Part shown: one piece after another, positions 10,221 to 17,644 of the stretch
How positions within the stretch are numbered: position 1 is the first letter of the stretch
Layout: the number at the start of each line of letters is the position of its first letter
Virus record (IMG/VR): IMGVR_UViG_3300036851_000098
Span: 15,867 to 79,866 of that record
Reading direction: 5' to 3' (one strand)
DNA: 64,000 nucleotides
Source of the DNA: a virus
The notes under the pieces: model-generated
Told to the model about the DNA's origin: nothing
The model's database searches: none
The model's input: only the letters and a program-made list of their open reading frames with translations
Position numbers and translations under genes: made by a program

Positions 10221-10571
10221 ATGTCGACAACACCGGATATTTTCGGGGATAACCGGCAAGACATCGCACCGCCGGAGCGTTCGCTCAAGCAACGTATGGA
10301 GGCGTTGCATACCGCCAATCGAATCCGTTCCGCACGAGCGAAGTTGAAGCTCGATCTGAAAGCGGGACGTGAGCGCGTTCACGATATTCTTCTGGAACCG
10401 CCGGAGTATATCGAGACGATGAAGGCTTTCGACCTATTGTTGGCCACACCGAAGTACGGACGAGTCAAGACAAATCGACTCTTGGCTCAGTGCCGGATGT
10501 CTCCCTCGAAGACGATCGGTGGAATGAGCGAACGTCAGCGGAACGAACTCGTCTCAATGCTGAGACGATAG
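10221..10571 (+). CDS. mihF: actinobacterial-type integration host factor (mIHF, H2TH fold)
   Basis: QRMEAL..AN.IR..RA.LK.DLK.G; K.FDLLLA.PKYGRVK..RLL...R.SPSKTIGG.SERQR.EL. Confidence 0.88.
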   Translation: MSTTPDIFGDNRQDIAPPERSLKQRMEALHTANRIRSARAKLKLDLKAGRERVHDILLEPPEYIETMKAFDLLLATPKYGRVKTNRLLAQCRMSPSKTIGGMSERQRNELVSMLRR

Positions 10572-10589
10572 CAGCTATATCTGGTCGAC

Positions 10590-11072
10590 AGCCGGTGACG
10601 ATCTAGGGAATAGGTAGCCACGCATTCAAATAAGTCGTGAGGGTAGAACAATACGCATCGCTTTAACGGATAAGTGATCTTAAGTTATTGCGACTCGTGT
10701 CCCTCGTTGTGTAAATCCTATTAGGGCTGTGGAAGCGGGTAGATCACAAAACCCCCTTCGCCCTAGATGACCGATAAAATAGAGGTCCGGGGGTGATAAA
10801 CCACACCGGTATAAGTCGATTTCTGAGGTCGATCGAAAGGGTGAGTCCTAGGCCACCTTACCTCTATAAACGTGATGGGACACGCCCATCGCCGTAAGTC
10901 CTGCAACGCGTGGAGGCAAATGCCTGCGAAGCTCGTGTCAGTCAGGTAAATCGGCAACACGTGAGGTTCGCCGCTCACGTCAATAGAGCACCCGTTGTGG
11001 TGGACTCGAGTTAAACCCGGGGTAGTGACCTGGTACCAGGGGGAGATCGGCGCCCCCTGGTCATTACATATT
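10590..11072 (+). ncRNA. candidate large structured ncRNA 1 (about 480 nt)
   Basis: No credible ORF; nested helices 10601-08/10761-68, 10633-40/10688-95, 10779-86/10860-67, 10872-92, 10959-80, 11035-43/11053-61. Confidence 0.7.
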
Positions 11073-11095
11073 CCCCCCGGAAAGGAGGTGACAGC

Positions 11096-11275
11096 ATGGG
11101 GAGAAAGTGGGCAAAGGTTGGTTTGACTTCCGACGGAACGCTGTACATCTCTGAGGAAGTTCGTCCGGGAGATGCGATGCGTCTCGAGAAGGCGATGACC
11201 AACCCCGAGAAGAAGGAACAGCTCGAGAAGCGTATGGACGATCTGATCGTCGCTCTCGGGGCGAAGTGGGGATAA
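11096..11275 (+). CDS. hypothetical protein (59 aa, not in ORF track)
   Basis: Strong SD AAAGGAGGTG; MGRKWAKVGLTSDG... Confidence 0.75.
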   Translation: MGRKWAKVGLTSDGTLYISEEVRPGDAMRLEKAMTNPEKKEQLEKRMDDLIVALGAKWG

Positions 11276-11282
11276 GTTAGAA

Positions 11283-11429
11283 GTTGGGAGTCCTAGCGTA
11301 CGCCTATTGGCTGTAACCGCGTATTCTGGCGGCAGAACAGTAGCTTTGCGTGTAAAGAGGACGAAGTTGGATTGGGGAGCGCCGGAGAGTGTCGCTCGAG
11401 GCACAGAAGGTCGGGAAACTCCAACATAT
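11283..11429 (+). ncRNA. candidate structured ncRNA 2 (about 150 nt)
   Basis: Closing helix gttgggagt 11283-91/actccaac 11418-25, internal hairpins, followed by CATAT. Confidence 0.5.
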
Positions 11430-11475
11430 GTACAACACAATTCCTGGGTGGATACCTAGGAGAAAGGATGGGCGG

Positions 11476-11859
11476 ATGCTCACCCGAATCAGGATCGAAG
11501 TAGAAGGCGCCGATTCGGCGGCCGCATGCGAGGAAGAGCTTTCCAAGTACGAACACGCCATGCAAGTAACCGAGGCGCAACGCTATGGCATCGGCTACGA
11601 ATACATCGAAACCGAGAAAGGAATAAATCAGTCCTCAGCCACTCATCGCCCATGGGATTTCTCGGTGGAAACCCGAGACTTCTATAACTCGCAACTCGGA
11701 CGTGAGGTGACCGATGAGGTCATCGAATACGATGCGTCTCTGCCTGGCTACCGAGGTCGGCGAGTGGTGCAGTTCAAGCGTATGGACACGCGTGCCTACA
11801 CATACGGCCGAGCGGATCAGCATGAGGTCGGAGAGGCGGCTCGTCAGAGCCTTGCTTAA
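11476..11859 (+). CDS. hypothetical protein
   Basis: AAAGGA SD before ATG 11476 (MLTRIRIEVEG). Confidence 0.7.
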   Translation: MLTRIRIEVEGADSAAACEEELSKYEHAMQVTEAQRYGIGYEYIETEKGINQSSATHRPWDFSVETRDFYNSQLGREVTDEVIEYDASLPGYRGRRVVQFKRMDTRAYTYGRADQHEVGEAARQSLA

Positions 11860-11867
11860 TAAGTAAT

Positions 11868-12453
11868 TCAGTAGATCGGGAGATCGGGCCCCTTTTGATC
11901 GGGGGTGGATAATACCGGCTGACGCGGGATGATGGAGATCATATCCGAAAGGATAAGGTCGTTGGGACGCCCGCATTACTTTGGGTCAACCTGGGCTCAA
12001 GGGTCGACGAGAGTCGATTGGCTCACTCCGTACGTTATGTCGGAGGACAACAGAGGCCAATGGCGGACTACGCCTGTTCGAAAGCGAGGCGTCGGTTTGA
12101 GAGGGCCGAAGACGTTTGAATTCCTCTCTTGTGTGGTCAAGACCCGATAAGAAGCTTGGTCATAAGGACTAAAAGGCAGACTAAGCTCGCCGCACAAAGT
12201 AGGCCTGCTCTACTATTTCAGGAAGTCCGACTCTAGTGAGAATACCTATGGGCCCTCCTAGATAGGCGCTGCGTCAGAGGTCAGACGTAGAGGGATGGAA
12301 TAGAACCCCACCTCTTATCCAACGATGGGAGACGTTAGGAATCGGAGTGAGCCGATCCTGAACGCGAACCTATTGGCTGCGGCCATGGAAGAAGGATTCC
12401 ACTTTGTATAAGAGTTTCTCTCTGAAAGACCGGTCTATTCGCGATCCCATATT
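11868..12453 (+). ncRNA. candidate large structured ncRNA 3 (about 585 nt)
   Basis: End-to-end helix 11870-79/12430-39; 13-bp helix 12018-30/12343-55; GNRA-capped hairpins at 11942-55, 12004-17, 12070-92, 12093-108. Confidence 0.75.
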
Positions 12454-12479
12454 TAGAGACCCCAATTTAAAGGAACATC

Positions 12480-12575
12480 ATGAAGCTTTTCTTCGTAATT
12501 CTTCTAGCAATCCTCGTCGCATTTGGTGGACTGCTGTGGTTCCTTCGTTGGGCCGCGCAGGATATCGACCAGTGA
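12480..12575 (+). CDS. small membrane peptide
   Basis: AAAGGA SD; MKLFFVILLAILVAFGGLLWFLRWAAQDIDQ*. Confidence 0.6.
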   Translation: MKLFFVILLAILVAFGGLLWFLRWAAQDIDQ

Positions 12576-12991
12576 GCACTAACCGTATCCCAGTTTTGCT
12601 CCTTCCTGGGGTAAATCACACCGAAGATCTTGTGGGATTCGGCGAACTCACAGATGACGGAAAGCTGATCATCACCGTAGAGCACGACCGAGGATATTCG
12701 AGAACTCTATCTGAGTCTCGGGTTTACTCTACAAGACGGCTACCGAACGAGAAGTATATGATGAAGTGGTTGCAAAGGTTTCAACGCAGTAAAGAAGAAC
12801 GTGTTCTCAAAGCAATTCGAAACAATGTCCGATTTACTTTAGAGATCAGCAAGGAAGCGCGCATTGGTATTAGTTCCTTATATCCCATTCTAGCCCGTTT
12901 AGAGAATGACGGAGTCATCGACAGCGCTTGGGGTTGGGACGACAATATCAAACGGCGAGTCTATTACATCAAGGAAGAAAATCATGAGTAA
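12572..12991 (+). CDS. PadR-like winged-helix protein
   Basis: C-terminal EI......SSLYPILARLE.DG.I.S.W......RRVYYI; GTGA coupling. Confidence 0.7.
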   Translation: MSTNRIPVLLLPGVNHTEDLVGFGELTDDGKLIITVEHDRGYSRTLSESRVYSTRRLPNEKYMMKWLQRFQRSKEERVLKAIRNNVRFTLEISKEARIGISSLYPILARLENDGVIDSAWGWDDNIKRRVYYIKEENHE

Positions 12992-13238
12992 TTGGCCAAC
13001 GTTGTCAACTACCTGGCCGATCATCTGGGCGGTAAAGCGGAATGACGGGGAGCCAGGTCTCGTTATCTGTCGGGCTAAGGACAGAGAAGGAGCCAAGCGG
13101 ATTGCAGCAAAGCGACTACTTGGTAATCCGGATCAGTTCATTGTCGAACCCCTCTCTCGAGAAGGAGAGGCGGTCGTATTTGATCTCGAAATTGAAGGGA
13201 AGAAGAATGACACGCGTCTACGAGGTTTTCGTGGTTAG
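12984..13238 (+). CDS. hypothetical protein
   Basis: AAGGA SD, coupled ORF. Confidence 0.55.
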   Translation: MSNWPTLSTTWPIIWAVKRNDGEPGLVICRAKDREGAKRIAAKRLLGNPDQFIVEPLSREGEAVVFDLEIEGKKNDTRLRGFRG

Positions 13239-13305
13239 TGGTTCCACTCGGAACCTACAGGCTAAGACTAGCCTGGTCTAACCACCAACTAGAAGGAGGC
13301 CAGTA

Positions 13306-13458
13306 ATGGCCGAGGGCGCGAACTCCATCGTCGACCTCAAGAAGTACTTGTCGACACCGGAGAACCCGGTGACAATGGAAGAGCTCAAGGAGTTTTGGGA
13401 GTCCTGCTCCGACGAGGAGAAGGAGCAGTTCAAGAACACGGAGCTGCCGAAAAGCTAG
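13306..13458 (+). CDS. small hypothetical protein (50 aa)
   Basis: AAGGAGG SD; MAEGANSIVDLKKYL...EFWESCSDEEKEQF. Confidence 0.7.
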   Translation: MAEGANSIVDLKKYLSTPENPVTMEELKEFWESCSDEEKEQFKNTELPKS

Positions 13459-13467
13459 TGTGTTAAT

Positions 13468-14057
13468 TTGGTTGATAATGATGCCTGGGAGAAGAACGGG
13501 ATTCATTATCAACCTTGGGTGAGAGTGAAGCTAAACGTCGATCTGTGTATGCGCCTGCCATCATCACTGGGTATATACTAGGGAGTTTGGTGGAACGTTA
13601 GGACTACATAGGAACGCGCAATATGTCCTTCTCACCCTAAATAATCGGGGAGCCTCACCGGTGCACCGGGAGAAGGAGGCGATGCTGAATAGGGGAGTGG
13701 GCTAATGATCCACGGGTGACTTCAGCAAAAGTAGTGCTTGTCAGACCCCTGGAGGTCGTGAAACACCTCGGGGCAAGTGGCTGATGAGATCTGGCAGCGT
13801 ACCGGTATTTAAGCCATCTCCCGGATGCGTGGTCAGGGGGCAATGGGGTCTCACCGGGGGGTTGGTATGGATTGCGGATTCCTGATACTGACTCCCCGGC
13901 CCGCCTCAATAAGACTTATATTCAAATAATCAATTGGAGGAATCATGAGCGATTGATCGGTAGGGCGTCGGAATCCGACCCCAATTAAATATCAACCAGG
14001 AACGGTAAAGAGAGTGGGGGTGTCTACGGCGAGAGGGTCGAGGCACCCCTGCATATT
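13468..14057 (+). ncRNA. candidate large structured ncRNA 4 (about 590 nt)
   Basis: Helices 13470-81/13503-14, 13517-24/13630-37, 13683-89/13721-27, 13737-44/13781-88, 13854-68/13885-99, 14014-25/14041-52; no SD-led ORF. Confidence 0.72.
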
Positions 14058-14074
14058 TCAGAAAGGAGGCACGT

Positions 14075-14551
14075 ATGATGAGACCACTACTAGCAGTTCT
14101 AGCAACTCTCTGTACGTGTATCGGGCTGGCAGCGCCAGCTTCAGCGGATTGGCGATGGGCCGATCCAACTATCAAACCGGTCAAACCGAAGATATTTGAT
14201 TGCAAGATAAAACTGTGCCAAAAGAAGGCCAAGCGTGTAGCAACCCTGAAATACAGGTTGAAGGTAGCGAAGTACTCGTATAAGAAGGAGCGCGAGTGGC
14301 AGCGCTGGATCAACCAGTATATTCCGGCCTGTACTTGGTACGGCGAGAGTGGCCCAGGACCTGAATTTGCGGCCTGGCGATACGCCGTACCAAATACAAT
14401 GGGATCATCTGCTCGAGGGAAATACCAGATGATGCCCGGAACTTACTCTTCAAGAGCCAGATATTTCGATTGGAGTCCGCTCGATCAAGAGATCGCGGGT
14501 CATCGAGAGTTCTGGGCAAACGGAACCTCCCCCTGGGAGGCTTGCCACTAG
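14075..14551 (+). CDS. secreted lysozyme-like transglycosylase (Rpf-like)
   Basis: Signal peptide (A-S-A); ESG...N..SSA.GKYQ..P.T, SP.DQ...., W..G.SPW..C. Confidence 0.72.
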   Translation: MMRPLLAVLATLCTCIGLAAPASADWRWADPTIKPVKPKIFDCKIKLCQKKAKRVATLKYRLKVAKYSYKKEREWQRWINQYIPACTWYGESGPGPEFAAWRYAVPNTMGSSARGKYQMMPGTYSSRARYFDWSPLDQEIAGHREFWANGTSPWEACH

Positions 14552-14565
14552 AAAGGAATGTTGGG

Positions 14566-14823
14566 ATGGACGGCGACCTCGCATTGAAGTATCTCGATGC
14601 TACGCCTAAATGCCCTCGAACTGAGACAATTGAAAAAAGCTCTGGTCGAGGCGTTATGGGAAGCAAATCAAAGGTCGAAGTGATGTGTGGCGCCGTCCTT
14701 TCCTGGAAACATGGTGTGAACGGGTTCGGCTCATGGTGGTGCGGCGTTCATGGCCTGATTGACGAGGCTCGTCCAGTTCAACCACTACGCGGAGATTCCC
14801 GAGAAGGTCTTTCAGCAGCGTAA
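14566..14823 (+). CDS. hypothetical Cys/His protein
   Basis: AAAGGA SD; CP...CG...WWCGVHG. Confidence 0.55.
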   Translation: MDGDLALKYLDATPKCPRTETIEKSSGRGVMGSKSKVEVMCGAVLSWKHGVNGFGSWWCGVHGLIDEARPVQPLRGDSREGLSAA

Positions 14824-14832
14824 GGAGAGAGC

Positions 14833-15051
14833 ATGCCTTTCGAAATGACAATGCGTCCAAGCGAGTTGCGTGGTGTTCGTGAAGCAATGCGCACCATGCC
14901 CAAGCTCATACAATCTCTCAACGATGGGGAAGTTGAGAAATATGTTCTTATGAAGCGAGGGCGTGTTGTTGCCGTAATGCTAGATCTGGAAGACTACTCC
15001 GAAATGGTAGAAAGGACGAAGAATGCCGACAGAGTCGAACACCAGCAGTGA
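14833..15051 (+). CDS. Phd/YefM-like antitoxin (orphan)
   Basis: GVREA...MPKLI..L..GE.E..VL.KRGR.VAVML.LEDY. Confidence 0.65.
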   Translation: MPFEMTMRPSELRGVREAMRTMPKLIQSLNDGEVEKYVLMKRGRVVAVMLDLEDYSEMVERTKNADRVEHQQ

Positions 15052-15376
15052 TCTAGGCCCCAATGCTCGGCACAAGCACACACCGACTCCAGTGAAATGT
15101 TTTGACGGCAAGGGAGAAGTGCGTCTTTTGATACCCATCGAAACTCCTAAAGAGCGAATGGCACGAGTGGTCAAGAATATTCGAGAGAAGAAGCGATGAG
15201 AACCAAGAAGGTTCGTAACTATTTCGCCCCTCGGTGGTGGCAATTCAAGCTTCGCTATCGACTTAAAAAACAGGAACGTCGACTAGCTCAACTCGTACAG
15301 CGAAGAAAAATCGATGATATAGAATCTACCATCGATCATCGAATTATCTATGGAACCAAAATAGACAAAGGATAAA

Positions 15377-15631
15377 ATGACTCTTCTTGACGGTGAACAC
15401 TACGTTGGAATTCCTGGGCATGTGCTAACTTCTCGAGAGTGGGCTTCAGATCAGCTTCAAGAAGTATCGGAATACTGTTTCACTGGTAGTTACCCACACG
15501 AAATTAAAGCGTTTGATCTAGGACGTGCCATAGGTCGAGCACTTTCTAACAACAACGAAGACGATTCCTATGGAGAGCTACGTAGAGGAATTGAGCACTA
15601 TCTACATAGCAAAGGGGAGACAGGAGACTAA
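15377..15631 (+). CDS. hypothetical protein
   Basis: AAAGGA SD. Confidence 0.55.
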   Translation: MTLLDGEHYVGIPGHVLTSREWASDQLQEVSEYCFTGSYPHEIKAFDLGRAIGRALSNNNEDDSYGELRRGIEHYLHSKGETGD

Positions 15632-15633
15632 GA

Positions 15634-16068
15634 TTGAAAGCAGATTTCACCATCACGATTCATACGGGGAGAAAGCCTATGGGAGTACGTGTGATCGTGT
15701 ACGAGAACGTCCGAGCTCTTCGAAGCGCGGCTACGCAGCATGACAACCTATATTGGAATCGCCCAGTACGAGGTAAGCCGAAATACGGAGAGTTCAAAGA
15801 CACTCTCGGAATCTGTCATCGCCATCACTGGGATGGAGATTCTGTCTATGCGATTGTCAGAGTGGCTCCACCAAACATAGGAATAGGAATCATCTCTCAC
15901 GAACTGGCCCACGCTGCGATATGGCTGTGGGCAATCGAGAACAAATTCGACGAGAAAGCACTCACATGTGAAAATGACGAATGGTTCTGCTGGGTGCTGG
16001 GAGAATTAGTGCGAGAAACTGTTAACAAATTCTATGAAATAGGAATCTGGGAAGACAAAAACTCGTAA
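15634..16068 (+). CDS. zincin-like metalloprotein
   Basis: HELAH motif followed by distal E (NDEWFC). Confidence 0.55.
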   Translation: MKADFTITIHTGRKPMGVRVIVYENVRALRSAATQHDNLYWNRPVRGKPKYGEFKDTLGICHRHHWDGDSVYAIVRVAPPNIGIGIISHELAHAAIWLWAIENKFDEKALTCENDEWFCWVLGELVRETVNKFYEIGIWEDKNS

Positions 16069-16166
16069 TTTGCAGGGAGAAAAGGCGCCTTCGGCGCGGA
16101 AATCAACTGCCCTTGCATAAGACACACGGTTCAGATACTGGGATATTTAAAAAGAAAGGAATCGCC

Positions 16167-16415
16167 ATGGGACTAGCTCTCACTCGTAAGCGCAATCAGT
16201 CGATCGTGCTTTTTCAAGATGGAGAGACGCTTTGCCGGGTTACCGTCGTGGAGATCGGCGACGGGAAGGTTAAGTTGGGATTCGAGGCGCCCAAGGATGT
16301 GACGATCTTGCGCGAAGAGATCATCGATCGGACTCCGACTGTCGGTCCAGATAAGAACGATAACTCCATCAACGACGATTTCGTCGAGCGCGTCAAGGCA
16401 TATTTGCCTGAATAG
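16167..16415 (+). CDS. csrA: carbon storage regulator CsrA-like RNA-binding protein
   Basis: L.LTRK.NQSI....RVTVVEI..GKVKLGFEAPKDV.ILREEI. Confidence 0.88.
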   Translation: MGLALTRKRNQSIVLFQDGETLCRVTVVEIGDGKVKLGFEAPKDVTILREEIIDRTPTVGPDKNDNSINDDFVERVKAYLPE

Positions 16416-16416
16416 T

Positions 16417-16440
16417 TCGTGGGGTTTCACTGCGCATAAT
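16417..16440 (+). promoter_or_regulatory. phage promoter-like motif P1
   Basis: TCGTG-N5-TCA-N6-ATAAT, matches three other copies. Confidence 0.5.
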
Positions 16441-16468
16441 AGAAGATTTAACCGTCTTCTCTTTTTTT
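16441..16468 (+). terminator. intrinsic terminator
   Basis: agaaga/tcttct stem followed by T7. Confidence 0.55.
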
Positions 16469-16513
16469 AAACAGATATTGGGCTTCCAAATTTAGTCTAT
16501 AGAAAGGGCCATA

Positions 16514-16825
16514 ATGAAGAAGGTAGATGCAGAGAAATTGGTCCGCCATCCCGTTCGCGTCCAGATTGTGGCGCTGCTGGCAGATCAGACAATGTCTCCG
16601 AAGGACCTCGCCGATCAGACTGGGGTCACTCTGGGGACCGTGGCATACCATGTCCGAACGATGGAGAAGTTCGGCGCCATTCGGTTGGCTAAGACAAGGC
16701 CCGTGCGTGGGGCGATCGAACATTTCTACACCTTGCGCACGCCCGCAAGAGAGCCGATCAAGACGGCTTTGACCAAGATGTCGAAGGAACGATCAGCGGC
16801 TGAAAACGCACTGACAATACTCTAG
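16514..16825 (+). CDS. ArsR-like winged-helix regulator
   Basis: HPVRVQI..LL....SPKDLA...G..LGTVAYHVR.....G.I.L..TRP.RGAIEHFY. Confidence 0.82.
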   Translation: MKKVDAEKLVRHPVRVQIVALLADQTMSPKDLADQTGVTLGTVAYHVRTMEKFGAIRLAKTRPVRGAIEHFYTLRTPAREPIKTALTKMSKERSAAENALTIL

Positions 16826-16826
16826 C

Positions 16827-17024
16827 ATGTCCATTGATCCAGTATGCGCGATTCACGGCAAACGCTGGTCAGAACACGACGGTGGACGCTGTCTCTACTG
16901 CTGCATCTGCTTTAAGCCGCTGGAACCCGAAGACTGCGTCGAAGATTCCTCAGGAAAGAAATGGGATGTTTGTAAGGGACAATGTGCAATCGAAGCCGGT
17001 ATACAAGAAAGGAAAATTAAATGA
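16827..17024 (+). CDS. Cys-rich hypothetical protein
   Basis: C..H, CLYCCIC, C..QC. Confidence 0.55.
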   Translation: MSIDPVCAIHGKRWSEHDGGRCLYCCICFKPLEPEDCVEDSSGKKWDVCKGQCAIEAGIQERKIK

Positions 17025-17203
17025 ACGATGCTGACCGAATCGCCAAAGCCGGAGGCATTGTGGATATTACACCAGGATGCTTCGCGCTCAAGGACGGATC
17101 AATTCTCTCGTGGCGAGGAGAGAACTACGTTCCCCAGAAACCTTCTCTATTGGCCCGTTTTCACAATTGGCGCGTTAGGCGCTGGAACAAGAGGCACGCA
17201 TGA
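17021..17203 (+). CDS. hypothetical protein
   Basis: AAAGGA SD, coupled at both ends. Confidence 0.55.
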   Translation: MNDADRIAKAGGIVDITPGCFALKDGSILSWRGENYVPQKPSLLARFHNWRVRRWNKRHA

Positions 17204-17607
17204 ACCCTTTGGACTTGGCCGCGAGCGAATTGCTAATCTGGGGGATTTTCCTTCATCTCGTAGCTGACTGGTTGTTGCAGAACGACTGGATGGCAAACAA
17301 TAAGCAGAGCCCGCTTCATCCTGCAGCATGGGTCCACGCAGGAATTCACGGAATTCTGTTCGCGCTCATCTTCGGCTGGGTCGCGTTCCCTTTGACAATC
17401 GCGCACCTTCTCATCGATACGCGCAAGCCTGTGGTCTGGTGGGCTAGATTCATCAGACAGACTCCGTCAACAGTATTTATGGTTACCAACCCTAATACTG
17501 GTGGTCGTGTGGCTCTGATGGATATGGGGACCATGGTACGAATCTGGGTGGATCAGGTCTTTCACATTTTCTGTGTGGGAATCGCTGCTCTACTGGTAAC
17601 GCTGTAG
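17200..17607 (+). CDS. DUF3307-like membrane protein
   Basis: HLVADW.LQ.DWMA..K, H..IH, HLLID, DQVFH. Confidence 0.8.
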   Translation: MNPLDLAASELLIWGIFLHLVADWLLQNDWMANNKQSPLHPAAWVHAGIHGILFALIFGWVAFPLTIAHLLIDTRKPVVWWARFIRQTPSTVFMVTNPNTGGRVALMDMGTMVRIWVDQVFHIFCVGIAALLVTL

Positions 17608-17644
17608 TTTCTAACGAGACAACCAAAACTAAGGAGAGTTCGTA

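Noticed and set aside
10763-11440. 225-aa minus-strand ORF and other ORFs overlapping the ncRNA candidates (11929-12150, 13655-13909)
   Set aside because: No SD, atypical composition, and they conflict with well-supported + strand genes
12060-12232. Group I intron P7-like GGACT/AGTCC or RNase P-like GGAAGTCC
   Set aside because: Only partial matches; no interrupted host gene and no RNase P P4 partner found; left as an unclassified RNA
13752-13792. Hammerhead-like GAAAC ... CTGATGA
   Set aside because: The spacing is too short for stems III and I with a cleavage triplet; CTGATGAG pairs with cttgtcag and GAAAC lies in a hairpin loop
10572-14060. tRNA/tmRNA genes in the non-coding gaps
   Set aside because: No cloverleaf with a proper T-arm (GTTCRA) and acceptor stem found by eye; tRNAscan/ARAGORN would settle it
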